From IMG/VR virus record IMGVR_UViG_3300014638_000002, positions 1 through 62,941 of that record: a stretch of 62,941 bases of DNA; one strand, written 5' to 3'. Numbering within the stretch: position 1 is the stretch's first letter; each line of letters starts with the position of its first letter. The translations under genes were made by a program, and so were the position numbers. The stretch comes from a virus (taxonomy: Duplodnaviria > Caudoviricetes). This document shows positions 27,140 through 38,967 of this stretch, in pieces. Under the pieces are notes generated by a model that was not told where the DNA came from, did not search any database, and saw only the letters and a program-made list of their open reading frames with translations.

Positions 27140-27395
27140 TGGGGTCGCCCTCTACTCGGGTGGCCGGCTGATCGATCATGCGTGCTACCACAACAGCGAC
27201 CGAGACGCCGATGCAAAAACAGACATACGGGATAGGCGGGATCAGGTATTGGAACGCCGGTATCGCGACCCACAAGCCGCTCAGGATCCCGCCGGCGATC
27301 GAGATCTCGACACTGAAGAATTTGTGCGCGTATTTCCAATCGGGAATGAACGCCCACTTGGCCGCCTTAGTGACGGCGGCTTGCGGCGTCTCCAT
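27132..27395 (-). CDS. holin (two TM)
   Basis: IPDWK.A.KF.SV, two TMs, ARM.DQP; immediately upstream of the endolysin. Confidence 0.7.
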   Translation of the reverse strand: METPQAAVTKAAKWAFIPDWKYAHKFFSVEISIAGGILSGLWVAIPAFQYLIPPIPYVCFCIGVSVAVVVARMIDQPATRVEGDPNA

Positions 27396-27661
27396 TACGC
27401 TTTTGGGGGTGCGGCGGCAGCGACCGCCTGCGCCGCTGCGGCGGCTGCGGAAGCAGTCGCTATCGTCTGCGCCTGGGCGAGCGTGGCCTTTGCGGCCTCT
27501 AGAGCCTTGGCATCGGCTTCGGCTTTGGCGACGACGGCTTGGGCCGCCTTCACCGCACGCGAGGCGGACAGGTTCTTCAGCCAGGTCTGCAGGGCCGGGC
27601 CCTCAATAGCGCCGGCGACGAACGCGGCCACCAAACCAATGAAAACCAGGACATAAACCAT
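27395..27661 (-). CDS. membrane-anchored Ala-rich protein
   Basis: GGAGG RBS; N-terminal TM. Confidence 0.6.
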   Translation of the reverse strand: MVYVLVFIGLVAAFVAGAIEGPALQTWLKNLSASRAVKAAQAVVAKAEADAKALEAAKATLAQAQTIATASAAAAAAQAVAAAAPPKA

Positions 27662-27682
27662 GAGAGATCCTCCGTTGTGTGC

Positions 27683-30143
<2,461 letters not shown>

Positions 30144-30437
30144 TTAACTACCTGCAGCGGCAACATTGACAGCGATCGTGTCCGTCCGCTGTTCCCCGAA
30201 ATTCGTTGTCGCGGTTGCTAGAATGTTGTAGTTGACGCCTGCTGTACCACCGTTCACAAAAAACCTACATTCGGTTTCATCAGGCGAATAGGATACGTTG
30301 GTAATGGTAGCCGGCGGCGTGTCAACAACGAAGGTGACGCTAGTCAGCACTTCACCCCTCTGCAGCCACGACCGATAGTCGATCCCATATTGCAATTTAT
30401 TGCCCGCCGCGGAATTGAGAACACCTAAAAGAGCCAT
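30144..30437 (-). CDS. fibre-tail adaptor-like protein
   Basis: [13 protein letters not shown]....SYSPD.TE.RFF.NGGT; paralogous to the fibre N-terminus. Confidence 0.7.
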   Translation of the reverse strand: MALLGVLNSAAGNKLQYGIDYRSWLQRGEVLTSVTFVVDTPPATITNVSYSPDETECRFFVNGGTAGVNYNILATATTNFGEQRTDTIAVNVAAAGS

Positions 30438-30556
30438 TATGGATTGCCCCCTGTAGGACCGGCGGTCGGCGCCGCGTTCTCCGGAACCACAAATTTCGGC
30501 GGCCGCTGTGGAGCGTCGAAAGCCGGTGGTCTTTCCGGAACAACGAATTTAGCCAT
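30437..30556 (-). CDS. 39-aa peptide (absent from ORF track)
   Basis: MAKFVVPERPPAFDAPQRPPKFVVPENAAPTAGPTGGNP; fills the gap exactly and is TAATG-coupled. Confidence 0.55.
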   Translation of the reverse strand: MAKFVVPERPPAFDAPQRPPKFVVPENAAPTAGPTGGNP

Positions 30557-30557
30557 G

Positions 30558-31313
30558 TCAGTGTCCTATCGCGAACCAATAAATATAGGTCCCGTTTGAC
30601 GCCCCAGTAATTGTCAGGGTAGCCCCAGTCCTTGACGTATTTAAAAGCCCGTTCGTTGTTTGACTGGTATTTTGTGACGGTGTAAACAACAACATATCAA
30701 GCGCAGTAGGAAATGGCGTTGGAAATACTAATGTCCAAGTTCCTGTGCTACCAATATTTGGTGTAATACCCCATTGAAAATAACAACCAGTGGGTCCATG
30801 AACAGACGTAATATCCATATAACCGGTAGTACCCTGTGACCCGGTTGCAGTAACGGTACCGGCCCCCGCGTCACCTTGTGGCCCGGTCGGGCCGGTATTA
30901 CCGGTCCCGGTGAATTGCGCGCCGGTTGGGCCTGTGACACCTTGATTGCCTGACGGACCAAAAGGACCTTGCGGCCCAATAGGACCAGTCGACCCCGTAT
31001 TCGTCGATGTACCGGGAAGACCCGTCGGGCCGGTCGGTCCCGGGACTGTGCTCCCAGGACCCGCGGGACCAGTTACCGAGTTACCAGGTGGTCCAACAGA
31101 TCCTGAGACACCTTGTGAACCAGTGGGACCCGTGATGGTGCTCGCGGCACCCTGCGGCCCAGTCGGGCCTACACCAAATGGACCTGTTTGGCCGATTTGG
31201 CCGGTAGGTCCGGTCGATCCGGTTGGTCCGCCGGCCGGTCCAGTTGGTCCTAAGCCACCGACGACAACGGGGAAAGCGACGACCTGTGCGGGACCATTAA
31301 CTAATGCAACCAT
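30558..31313 (-). CDS. collagen-like fibre with gp53-like C-terminal domain
   Basis: (GPT)n tract then GY.....G..FQWG......FP.PFP...YWFAIGH. Confidence 0.75.
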   Translation of the reverse strand: MVALVNGPAQVVAFPVVVGGLGPTGPAGGPTGSTGPTGQIGQTGPFGVGPTGPQGAASTITGPTGSQGVSGSVGPPGNSVTGPAGPGSTVPGPTGPTGLPGTSTNTGSTGPIGPQGPFGPSGNQGVTGPTGAQFTGTGNTGPTGPQGDAGAGTVTATGSQGTTGYMDITSVHGPTGCYFQWGITPNIGSTGTWTLVFPTPFPTALDMLLFTPSQNTSQTTNGLLNTSRTGATLTITGASNGTYIYWFAIGH

Positions 31314-31314
31314 C

Positions 31315-31755
31315 TTAGACCCCGTGTCTCATTTTGTATTTGCCGTGCAGAAGCTCGATGATATTCGAGCCTTGCGTCATACGCAGTGCATGACGATATT
31401 CGCCCGGCAGCAGACCAGGGCCAGTAGCACCAGCAGAAGCAGTTGCTCCAGTTAAAACCGTCGGTGGCACATTCGCATGAAGAATGAGATTAATTGGATC
31501 GTCGACAACGATAACCGTACCCGTAGCACCATTCGAAGACAACGAAAGTGACGGCTCCGGTGACGCAGCGTTCCAGTTGTTGGCCTTGATATCCCATTGG
31601 AAGGTTCCTGTCAATGTCCAATTCGCTCCTGTTGCTCCCGTGCATCCGCAAGGACCGGTCGCACTCGCGAATTGGAAAGCATCCAACCAGGTGACCTGAT
31701 CGTTGGTGACGATATCAATGTATGCGGAACTGGATGGACCTTGCTCTTCGTACAT
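31315..31755 (-). CDS. Ig-like fibre-attachment (BppU-like) protein
   Basis: Beta-rich; G.Y...L.....I..LL.G.....GV terminus; short GAT/GPC inserts. Confidence 0.5.
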   Translation of the reverse strand: MYEEQGPSSSAYIDIVTNDQVTWLDAFQFASATGPCGCTGATGANWTLTGTFQWDIKANNWNAASPEPSLSLSSNGATGTVIVVDDPINLILHANVPPTVLTGATASAGATGPGLLPGEYRHALRMTQGSNIIELLHGKYKMRHGV

Positions 31756-31758
31756 GCA

Positions 31759-32412
31759 TCACCAACTCGTTGGTGTCGGGAACGGCGTGCTCACGCCGCC
31801 GCGTTGTGAAGTGGTCCGGAACGAGTTCGGAAAGCGCCAGGCTTGACCCCCATACAGATTTGCTCGCTCAGAGGCCACTCGCGCTTGCATGATCCCGTCC
31901 CGGAACCTACGCAAATGATACGTGGAAAGCGCTTCATTTGAATAACTTTTCGTGGATTGGCCCATCATCTTGCCGAGAACGCCGTCAAGAATCGTCTCGT
32001 GATAGACAGGCAAGAGCCACCGCGGTGCATCCGGTAACATGTCCTCCGTTGTCGGCTCGACTATTTGTTTGGTCACGACTACGCGGGCTGTCATATTGAC
32101 GTTCTGCGGATAAACGAGCTCGAGTTCGGCCGAAGGCGGATCGAGGCGAGGCAGGATCGCCGGCAGAGCAATTCGATTGCTGTCCCATATAGCGACTAAC
32201 CGCAAGATCATGCCACCATATGCCGGCGTGATACGGTACCATTGTGTACCGGCGATGATCGGAATGCTGATATGCTCGTACCAGCTGTTTGAGTCCTTGA
32301 AGAACTCGCGGCAAACATCGTACAGTTGTCCCTTGATACCGGCATCAGACGCACCGAGAAGCTCTGTACGAGCTAGGTTCAGCAGACGTTCAACGTCACG
32401 GTCTTCCATCAT
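31759..32412 (-). CDS. head-tail adaptor protein
   Basis: REFF..S..W...I.DG.LG.MM....K.YSN....YH...F; position downstream of the capsid gene. Confidence 0.65.
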   Translation of the reverse strand: MMEDRDVERLLNLARTELLGASDAGIKGQLYDVCREFFKDSNSWYEHISIPIIAGTQWYRITPAYGGMILRLVAIWDSNRIALPAILPRLDPPSAELELVYPQNVNMTARVVVTKQIVEPTTEDMLPDAPRWLLPVYHETILDGVLGKMMGQSTKSYSNEALSTYHLRRFRDGIMQARVASERANLYGGQAWRFPNSFRTTSQRGGVSTPFPTPTSW

Positions 32413-32825
32413 GCCTGTGGGCTCCCAGGTCCTTTATTGCCGCCCTGGATCGGCGGCCGCTGGATCCCAATAAGAATGGAGTAGAATTGCGAAGTGAACG
32501 ACGCAGCGCGCTGATCTTGGACATCTTCATCGTCGCGCTCGAGGACATGACCGGCGATCCCGTAGACGAAGGCAAGACGGAATTGGGTGTCGATTGGTAC
32601 CGTTTCGCCCGAGATCGCGGTGAAATATGGCACGTGGTTCCCATGACGGTAAACGAAGAGATCAGCACGGAGGCGTCGGGCTTCGGCCAGGGATGTGTTA
32701 AGGGCCGTCAGGATCTCGGAGTCGCTGTAGCGATATGGTTTACGCTTGTCGAGGAGGAGGGTTCGAACCTCGTCGACGTATGACTGGACACTATCGAGGC
32801 GTTCGTCTTCGGGATTGATCGGCAT
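32409..32825 (-). CDS. adaptor-like virion protein (DUF6682-like)
   Basis: R.LL.D...PYRYSD.E...ALN......RLR.DLF. Confidence 0.65.
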   Translation of the reverse strand: MPINPEDERLDSVQSYVDEVRTLLLDKRKPYRYSDSEILTALNTSLAEARRLRADLFVYRHGNHVPYFTAISGETVPIDTQFRLAFVYGIAGHVLERDDEDVQDQRAASFTSQFYSILIGIQRPPIQGGNKGPGSPQA

Positions 32826-32854
32826 AGAAAAGGCCCTGGTAATTACCAGGGCCT

Positions 32855-32886
32855 AGAGTATGGAACGGGTGTTAAGATTTGCTAAA
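32855..32886 (-). promoter_or_regulatory. CtrA-box-like promoter for adaptor/fibre genes
   Basis: TTTA-gcaaatc-TTAAC-N10-TACTCT, followed by a 24-bp perfect palindrome at 32831-32854. Confidence 0.65.
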
Positions 32887-33405
32887 CCAGTCTGCCGCTA
32901 GTCGCAAGAGAGCCGGATCGTCTTTAAACTTACCGCCGCCTGTATTGCATTCGCCACATAATATACCGCGGATAAAGCCCGGATCGCCTTTTTTCTTGGA
33001 ATGATTATGGTCAGTATGCCAACCCTTGGGGCCTGGATCCGTTGTACGGCAAATGCCACAGCGCCCGCCTTGGGCAGCCAAACGAGCGGCCTTATCTTCA
33101 AGCGTTTCACCGTAATTAGCTTTATACCGGCTACGGCGTACCGTCGCCCGGCGCGGCTCTGGATTTGCTTTTATTAATTCAGCCTGCCGGGCAATCTTTT
33201 TCTGTGGGTCTGCGGCATACGAAGCCCGCTTTCGGGCATTATATCCTTCCCGACAACGATCTGCGCTACGCTGTGTAACCGCTTTCTTGTGCGCCTTAAT
33301 TTGTTCCGACGTCCAACCAGTAAAATCAGTTCGGGGGGCCCTCACTGGCTTCTTCCTCAACGATGTCTGCTTTTTCCTTGACGGCTTGTGCCTTGGCTTC
33401 GTCAT
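32872..33405 (-). CDS. endonuclease VII-family homing endonuclease
   Basis: Q.GRC.IC......HTDHNH....IRGILC..CN...GKFKDD. Confidence 0.85.
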   Translation of the reverse strand: MTKPRHKPSRKKQTSLRKKPVRAPRTDFTGWTSEQIKAHKKAVTQRSADRCREGYNARKRASYAADPQKKIARQAELIKANPEPRRATVRRSRYKANYGETLEDKAARLAAQGGRCGICRTTDPGPKGWHTDHNHSKKKGDPGFIRGILCGECNTGGGKFKDDPALLRLAADWFSKS

Positions 33406-33562
33406 CCAAGCGTCCCCAAACGTCAATGGCAAACGAAAATGCTTGATCGGCCGCCCGGAGATCCTCGATATCGCCGTCATTGTATAACACTTCAAAGATC
33501 GCATCGTCGCGTGCTTCTAACATCACAGCAACAGCGGCGTCCGCTTCTGCAAGAGTAGTCAT
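33326..33562 (-). CDS. small acidic protein
   Basis: AAGGAG RBS and own sigma70-like promoter; very Asp/Glu-rich. Confidence 0.6.
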   Translation of the reverse strand: MTTLAEADAAVAVMLEARDDAIFEVLYNDGDIEDLRAADQAFSFAIDVWGRLDDEAKAQAVKEKADIVEEEASEGPPN

Positions 33563-33587
33563 GGGAGTTCTCCTTTGTTGAATATGA

Positions 33588-33616
33588 TTCCTAGCACGTC
33601 CCTAATCTGCTGTCAA
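33588..33616 (-). promoter_or_regulatory. sigma70-like promoter
   Basis: TTGACA-N17-TAGGAA. Confidence 0.55.
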
Positions 33617-33626
33617 GCAATCAAAC

Positions 33627-33659
33627 AAAAAAACCGCCGGATTGTTGGTCCGGCGGTTT
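33627..33659 (-). terminator. intrinsic terminator after capsid gene
   Basis: AAACCGCCGGA-loop-TCCGGCGGTTT ending in a T7 run on the minus strand. Confidence 0.85.
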
Positions 33660-33701
33660 GTAGTATTCAACAAGTAGTTTCAAGTATTGACAGCAAACAA
33701 A

Positions 33702-34712
33702 TTAGCTTGCTGGAGTAACCTGGGCCTGAACTAAAGCTTTCCCATCGACAACCTGATATCCGTATACTTGCAGGCCACGCAAGATCTGCCCAAATGTGAG
33801 CTCGGAACGCAGGGTCTCTACTTTACTAATCTGTGACGCGAAAGTAAGTCCATGAGCGTGACCGGCGAAGATTGGCCATTCACCACTATTGAACTGTGCG
33901 CTGTCCGAACTGTTGTTCGGCAGCAAGTTGCTGACGTAGAGCGTGAAACGGTCGATCATTCCAAGGCGACCATTCCGAAGCATCGAGACGCTATCACCAG
34001 ACAGATATGCCTGACGGAGCTCTGACTGCTTGATCATGCGGCCAGCCCACGCCGGGAAGACGACCCACCGGCCGACCTCCGGAATGTTCTGTTCGTCAAG
34101 GACCTGGCCCATACGCATGAGCACGTCCAGGAGCTCGACCTGGCCAGAGCCGGCATTGCGGCCGACCACCGCCAGAGCGGAGCCCTGTACGCCCAGGTTC
34201 AGCGAGCCAGTGATGACACCGGCCGCCGTACCCTGGTTTGCCGCAGCCATCTGGCCGACGATCCCGGACAGTACATCCGTGTCGACGGAGATCTTCAGCT
34301 GCTGGGCTGCGTCATCCGACCACATGCTCAGGATGTTCAGATCGCTCTGAACTTCCATGACGTCATCGAGAATCACGGAAAAGTACTTACCGTTCCCGAT
34401 GTAGAGCTCCACGGTGCCGCCAGTCGGGCGATCGAGCCCAAGCAAGCCGTCGGCGTCGTAGTTGTGGATGGTGATAGTGGGCTTCGTGCGGATCTTGACG
34501 CGGTCGCCCTTATTCTTGATCTCACCTTCGTAGTCCGTGTTGCTGATAGCAGCAAGGACCGTCGAAGCGTAGAACTTCTCGACCAGCTTGCCCGACCAAA
34601 TCTCGGGGATGAACCCAGTGGCCTGCAGCTGGTTGCCCGAACTACCGGTGGGGTAGATCGCGGGAGTGGTGGTGCTGGTTGCACCAGGAAATGCGCCTGT
34701 CGGAATGCCCAT
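33702..34712 (-). CDS. major capsid protein
   Basis: FIPEIWSGKL...FY..TV...I.NTDYEGEI...GD.V.I...R...FG...RGL.VYG..V (P22-coat-like family). Confidence 0.9.
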   Translation of the reverse strand: MGIPTGAFPGATSTTTPAIYPTGSSGNQLQATGFIPEIWSGKLVEKFYASTVLAAISNTDYEGEIKNKGDRVKIRTKPTITIHNYDADGLLGLDRPTGGTVELYIGNGKYFSVILDDVMEVQSDLNILSMWSDDAAQQLKISVDTDVLSGIVGQMAAANQGTAAGVITGSLNLGVQGSALAVVGRNAGSGQVELLDVLMRMGQVLDEQNIPEVGRWVVFPAWAGRMIKQSELRQAYLSGDSVSMLRNGRLGMIDRFTLYVSNLLPNNSSDSAQFNSGEWPIFAGHAHGLTFASQISKVETLRSELTFGQILRGLQVYGYQVVDGKALVQAQVTPAS

Positions 34713-34753
34713 TTGAGCCCCCAGTTAGTGGGGGCCAAACGTAAGCCCCCTGG

Positions 34754-35839
34754 TTAACGAACGCGCCCTTCTCGTTGGGCGGCAAAGATATCAGCCTCGA
34801 TTTGCTGCTTCAGCTGTTCTTGACCTACGTAAACGCCCTTGCGGACGTAATCGTAGAAATCGCTGATATCCTTGTGTGTGTAGACTGGCTTGCTATCGGG
34901 CACCTGCGTATTGCCGGTCGCCGGATTGGGCCTGCCAGGGGCTGCCAATGTCGTCAGCGGGACCGCGGCGGGCCGAGGCTCCGGATTAGGAGGCTGCGGC
35001 GGCTGCGGGGCTGGCATCTGGCCCGTGGCCACTTCCTCAGAGAGGAAGCGCTGGAAGAAGTCGAGGACACGAGGGGCATCGGCCGCTTGCATCGCTCTAT
35101 TCAACTGTTCCTGTCTTAACGGTGCGGAGTTAAAATCTCGTAAACGTAGCCATTGGATCCAACGCGGATTAGTGTTTATTTCGCGCCAAGTCGGCAATCC
35201 CTGATCGAGACGCTCATAGATATCGTGGGTTCGCTGTTGCGTAACCTGTTGATTTAACCTACGATTTTCCTCCTGGAGGGCCGTCAAAGCCGGCGCAACA
35301 GCCTCGAGCGCCGCACGTTTGGTGACTTCAATAAGGGGGTCACCAAAATTCGTCCGATCCTCGTCCGTGACGTATGCCGGCTTGATATCGGACGGCAAAG
35401 TGGAAATAGGGTTAACATTGCCGCCACGCATAAGCTGTTGGGTTCGCATGAGCTCGTCGCCAAGCTGCTGCATTTGCTCCTGCATAGCCCCGATCGTCCG
35501 CGCAGAAGCGTCGTACCGCCCCTTCATAGAGTTGTACATGTGCTCGTAGTTCGGGGGCTCCGGGGGCGCTGCCGGCGCTGGCGCAGGCTGCGGGGCAGGT
35601 TGGGGCGGCTCTGGAGCGGCCGCAGGCGCAGGAGGCTGTAGTTCCCGAGCGGGAACAGGTTCCTGGTTTGTTGCCGGTTGCGGTGCCGGTTGTTCCCGAG
35701 CGGGAACGGGCGGTTGCGCGGGATCCGGCGCTGGATTTGCCGGTTGATAAAACGCTTCGGCTTTCGCCGCGGCACGCTTCACTGCATCAGGAACTTTGAC
35801 GTTGGGATCGATGGGGAGGGTCGAGTCTTTGGGGGCCAT
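34754..35839 (-). CDS. capsid scaffolding protein
   Basis: Pro-rich N-terminus, Y.S.KGRYD coiled coil, C-terminal E.DIFAAQREGR, directly upstream of MCP. Confidence 0.75.
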   Translation of the reverse strand: MAPKDSTLPIDPNVKVPDAVKRAAAKAEAFYQPANPAPDPAQPPVPAREQPAPQPATNQEPVPARELQPPAPAAAPEPPQPAPQPAPAPAAPPEPPNYEHMYNSMKGRYDASARTIGAMQEQMQQLGDELMRTQQLMRGGNVNPISTLPSDIKPAYVTDEDRTNFGDPLIEVTKRAALEAVAPALTALQEENRRLNQQVTQQRTHDIYERLDQGLPTWREINTNPRWIQWLRLRDFNSAPLRQEQLNRAMQAADAPRVLDFFQRFLSEEVATGQMPAPQPPQPPNPEPRPAAVPLTTLAAPGRPNPATGNTQVPDSKPVYTHKDISDFYDYVRKGVYVGQEQLKQQIEADIFAAQREGRVR

Positions 35840-35857
35840 TTGGTACTCCGTCGGCGC

Positions 35858-36175
35858 TTACGGCGACGGTGGACCCGCCTGCGGTAAGGGCTTCTGCTTT
35901 CGTTCTACAGTGCATTCCTTAAAGGTTCGTAACAAAGCAAAAATGGACTGCGCGCGGCCTTGTGCGACCATGACCTCTTCGGCCGGCGCCTGAACCACTT
36001 TCATGGTTAAATCTTCATAGTAGCCCTGCATTCGTATGAGAAATTCATCCCATGCGTCCGGATTACCATTCCGAAGCCGCAGAGCTAAGTCACTGAGAGT
36101 AGGGGGTTTATTGTCCAATGCCGGGCCAATTCCCGGAGCCGAGGCCGTCAGTGCCGCCACCCGTGACCGTGGCAT
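35858..36175 (-). CDS. hypothetical protein
   Basis: Helical, AQGRAQ motif; start uncertain. Confidence 0.55.
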   Translation of the reverse strand: MPRSRVAALTASAPGIGPALDNKPPTLSDLALRLRNGNPDAWDEFLIRMQGYYEDLTMKVVQAPAEEVMVAQGRAQSIFALLRTFKECTVERKQKPLPQAGPPSP

Positions 36176-36326
36176 CCGGGGTGGGATTGGCCATCGGGGT
36201 CGTTTTGGCGTAATTGCCAGTCGTCATACCGCTAGGCATCGGGCCAGCCTGCGATCCCTTGCCCGCATGCTTGGTGATTGTTCCGCCTTTGGTTAACGGT
36301 GTCAAGTGCTTCTTGAAAACGGTCAT
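36108..36326 (-). CDS. small basic protein
   Basis: ATGA-coupled; LTKGG and NYAK.TP motifs. Confidence 0.6.
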   Translation of the reverse strand: MTVFKKHLTPLTKGGTITKHAGKGSQAGPMPSGMTTGNYAKTTPMANPTPDATVTGGGTDGLGSGNWPGIGQ

Positions 36327-36532
36327 CCGTTGTAGTCCATCGTGTCGCCCGGGCTCGCGCCGGCCGGGTTCGGCGTTATCGGTTTGCCGTAGTCTGTGGT
36401 CGATGCCGCAGCAGGCTTAATGCGCGGAACGGGCGCTTGTCGAAGGGTACCGGGTCTAGATCCCAGTACCCAAGAGGGCGCTTTACCAGGGCTAGGGACC
36501 GACTTGGAACCTTTAAACCCGGATTTGGCCAT
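36323..36532 (-). CDS. small basic protein
   Basis: AAGGAGG RBS; T.DYGK motif. Confidence 0.65.
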   Translation of the reverse strand: MAKSGFKGSKSVPSPGKAPSWVLGSRPGTLRQAPVPRIKPAAASTTDYGKPITPNPAGASPGDTMDYNG

Positions 36533-36541
36533 GTGGCCTCC

Positions 36542-36850
36542 TTACCGCGCGCTGGAGATACCGGATCGCGCAGGAACGGAGCCTTGGAAGCCGAACATCT
36601 TGGTCGTGCCGCCTTCAGCGAACTTCTCGCCGGGGCCGCTCGAGTCGGGCTTGCCGGTCGACGGTGACTTGTCGGAAGCCTTACGGGATCCGGCTTCCTG
36701 TTCACCGAACATCGGCGTGTCGCCACCCTTGGCAAACTCAACGTCATGGGTTTTCTCGGTCGCAGAGCCGGCGTCACCTTTGCCACGCTTTGAACCGGTG
36801 CCCGTGTCGACGTTGCCGCCTTTTGCGCCCTTCTTTTCCCCATCAGCCAT
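36542..36850 (-). CDS. small Gly/Lys-rich protein with two FAxGG.T.MFG repeats
   Basis: CAGGAG RBS; EFAKGGDTPMFG and KFAEGGTTKMFG. Confidence 0.7.
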   Translation of the reverse strand: MADGEKKGAKGGNVDTGTGSKRGKGDAGSATEKTHDVEFAKGGDTPMFGEQEAGSRKASDKSPSTGKPDSSGPGEKFAEGGTTKMFGFQGSVPARSGISSAR

Positions 36851-36878
36851 CGTAAATCTCCTGTGCATGCACAGGGTG

Positions 36879-36910
36879 ATCATGCCGCTAGAAAGTGAAG
36901 GATTACTTAA
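36879..36910 (-). promoter_or_regulatory. CtrA-box-like promoter for head genes
   Basis: TTAA-gtaatcc-TTCAC-N10-CATGAT. Confidence 0.6.
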
Positions 36911-37650
36911 TTCGGTTCACACTGCAATTGCGCGATTTCCTTGAATTTGAAACCGGATTTTAGCAGCCACAGCGGATAAACGCGCTCCATGACGTAGTCC
37001 ATAACCCGTTTCTTGTAGGCTTCATTAGTACTGTCCAGCCCGTTGCAACGCTCATGTAACTCCAACCGCAACGGCTCCATTTCCCACATCATGCGATTGA
37101 ATACCGGCCAATGGGTAATAAAGAGCCAGTGATAGATCCGATTACCGTTGAACCTGTAGAACCCGTGTTTCTGTACCACGTCAAGGAGGGCCGCGGTGTC
37201 ATTGGCAGAACCGGAGGCGCCGAAGTCGCTAATGACATCGGCGCCATAGTCGGCGGCGCTTAAATAGCAGGGCGCGGACTGCAAAATGTCGCAGTGTTCT
37301 AATTGCTGCTTGATTTCGGCGCCGTCCCACGTAGACCAAAATGAGCGGTACGCTTCAAACTCGCCGCGCGATGTTCCCAGCCAATTTGGCGCGTTGTCCT
37401 TGACGCGGCGGGTCGACAAAGGAAACCAGGACGGATCCCACAGATAATAGCGGTAGGCAAAGAAACCGATCATATCAGGAGGGTTACCAAAAGCCCGATA
37501 ATTAAGCCAGGTCCCATAATGGGCGCGCCAACCGGCATAATCCTGGCCCGGATAATCATTCGGCGAATTCGGCCAAACTCGAATGACAGGTCCTCGCGTT
37601 TGATGATCATGGTCGCGATGATCGTGAACCCATATTTCTAGGCGCGCCAT
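36907..37650 (-). CDS. DUF4422-like glycosyltransferase-associated protein
   Basis: IGFFAYRYYL, DIL, FIT.W.VFNR.M, R.MDY.MER.Y.LWL; paralogue of 39581-40303. Confidence 0.6.
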   Translation of the reverse strand: MARLEIWVHDHRDHDHQTRGPVIRVWPNSPNDYPGQDYAGWRAHYGTWLNYRAFGNPPDMIGFFAYRYYLWDPSWFPLSTRRVKDNAPNWLGTSRGEFEAYRSFWSTWDGAEIKQQLEHCDILQSAPCYLSAADYGADVISDFGASGSANDTAALLDVVQKHGFYRFNGNRIYHWLFITHWPVFNRMMWEMEPLRLELHERCNGLDSTNEAYKKRVMDYVMERVYPLWLLKSGFKFKEIAQLQCEPN

Positions 37651-38294
37651 GTGACGTCCGCCGCATCATTCGCATGTTGTTCAACAAATTCCCGGCGTTT
37701 AGTTGGGAAAAACAATTCAGCTATTTCCAATACAGTAAGCTCAGTTCCCTCGAGAATGTCCAAAGTACCGGGCGGCGCATCCGCGGCTTGTATGAATGCC
37801 GCAACCGCGCGCTCGACCGAGGCATAGGTTCTCTTTTGACTGCCGTCACCGGCAATCTTCAAAACGTCGGCCTTCGCAAACGCTTCAATAACACCGCGGC
37901 CGCCGATACCGGTAATATTGCACAACCGCACCAGGCGCGCTCCGTACAAGCTACAATAATGCTCACATGCATGCTTGGAAATCGCATAGGGGGTCACCGG
38001 GTTAGTAGCCGGCCATGCCGCGGCGAACACTACTTTGTCGCGGTAGTGATCCAATATACGCAAGGTGGCACCAATGTTCATGCTCGCGTCTTCTATTGCA
38101 TCTGTGGTTTGTGCCCGCGTTTGAGCCGCCAAATGGAAACACACATCAGCTGGAGGAAGTGGACATAATCGGATATCTTCGTGCCCACCACGCTGCAAAT
38201 CGAGACCAATAACATGATATCCTTCGCCCCGAAGAGCGCGACAAAGATGCTGCCCTATAAACCCAAGATCGCCGGTCACGAGAGCGGTTTTCAT
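37638..38294 (-). CDS. NAD-dependent epimerase/reductase (extended SDR)
   Basis: LVTGDLGFIG, FHLAA, YAISK, GDGSQ.R.Y. Confidence 0.85.
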   Translation of the reverse strand: MKTALVTGDLGFIGQHLCRALRGEGYHVIGLDLQRGGHEDIRLCPLPPADVCFHLAAQTRAQTTDAIEDASMNIGATLRILDHYRDKVVFAAAWPATNPVTPYAISKHACEHYCSLYGARLVRLCNITGIGGRGVIEAFAKADVLKIAGDGSQKRTYASVERAVAAFIQAADAPPGTLDILEGTELTVLEIAELFFPTKRREFVEQHANDAADVTWRA

Positions 38295-38295
38295 A

Positions 38296-38967
38296 TCACA
38301 AATCCCTGTAATCACGCGCGCCGCGGTCATGGACCAGCACGTTGTGCAGATTGCCCTGATACGTGGTCGGCGACGGCCACTCATTCGGCTCGATGGCTCG
38401 GTCTTTCTCCACAACGAACACTTTTAGACCAGCCCGCATAGTCTGTATCGTGAGGCCATTGGGACCATGTTCAAACTCGAGCGGACCCGTCCTGGATTTT
38501 TCTTCCCAGTCGAATTGATCCGCGACCATGAAATAGAATTCCCGGTCAACCAGGAACGCTGTGTCCCGCACATGCAGATTGGCAACGCGGGATCCCGTGC
38601 AGCCGACCAAACCGACACCCGGCTGACTGAATACGTCATAGAGTTTTTTCAGCCAGTCATCGTGCATGATCTCAGACGACGAGTTAAGATGGCATAGGAT
38701 TGGCTCTGTCACATCGGTACGAACTTCTGTGCAGCCGGCCAGCGCTTTGGAGTCCAGATGATTGAATAACTCACTTGGCCGCAAAGCCGCCAGTTCGGTG
38801 CGGGCCCATTTCAAATCATCGGGCGAAGCAAAATTTTTGTACAAAACGTACAACTGCTGATCGATCCCCGCCGGATGGCGCACGTAAGATGCAATGAACC
38901 GTGTTAGGCGTTCCCGCCAATTCGGGTCCAGGCCGCGCGCCGTGTAGACGACACCTATTTGCGGCAT
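38296..38967 (-). CDS. putative glycosyltransferase-like protein
   Basis: F..SY..HPAG, LNS.S....DWL, VGLVG.TGS, H.R.TAF, FE.G...LT; within the glycan cluster. Confidence 0.5.
   Translation of the reverse strand: MPQIGVVYTARGLDPNWRERLTRFIASYVRHPAGIDQQLYVLYKNFASPDDLKWARTELAALRPSELFNHLDSKALAGCTEVRTDVTEPILCHLNSSSEIMHDDWLKKLYDVFSQPGVGLVGCTGSRVANLHVRDTAFLVDREFYFMVADQFDWEEKSRTGPLEFEHGPNGLTIQTMRAGLKVFVVEKDRAIEPNEWPSPTTYQGNLHNVLVHDRGARDYRDL

Noticed and set aside
34730-34770. Motif promoter upstream of the capsid gene
   Set aside because: Only one TTAAC (the scaffold stop codon), and the -10-like hexamer is one base out of register
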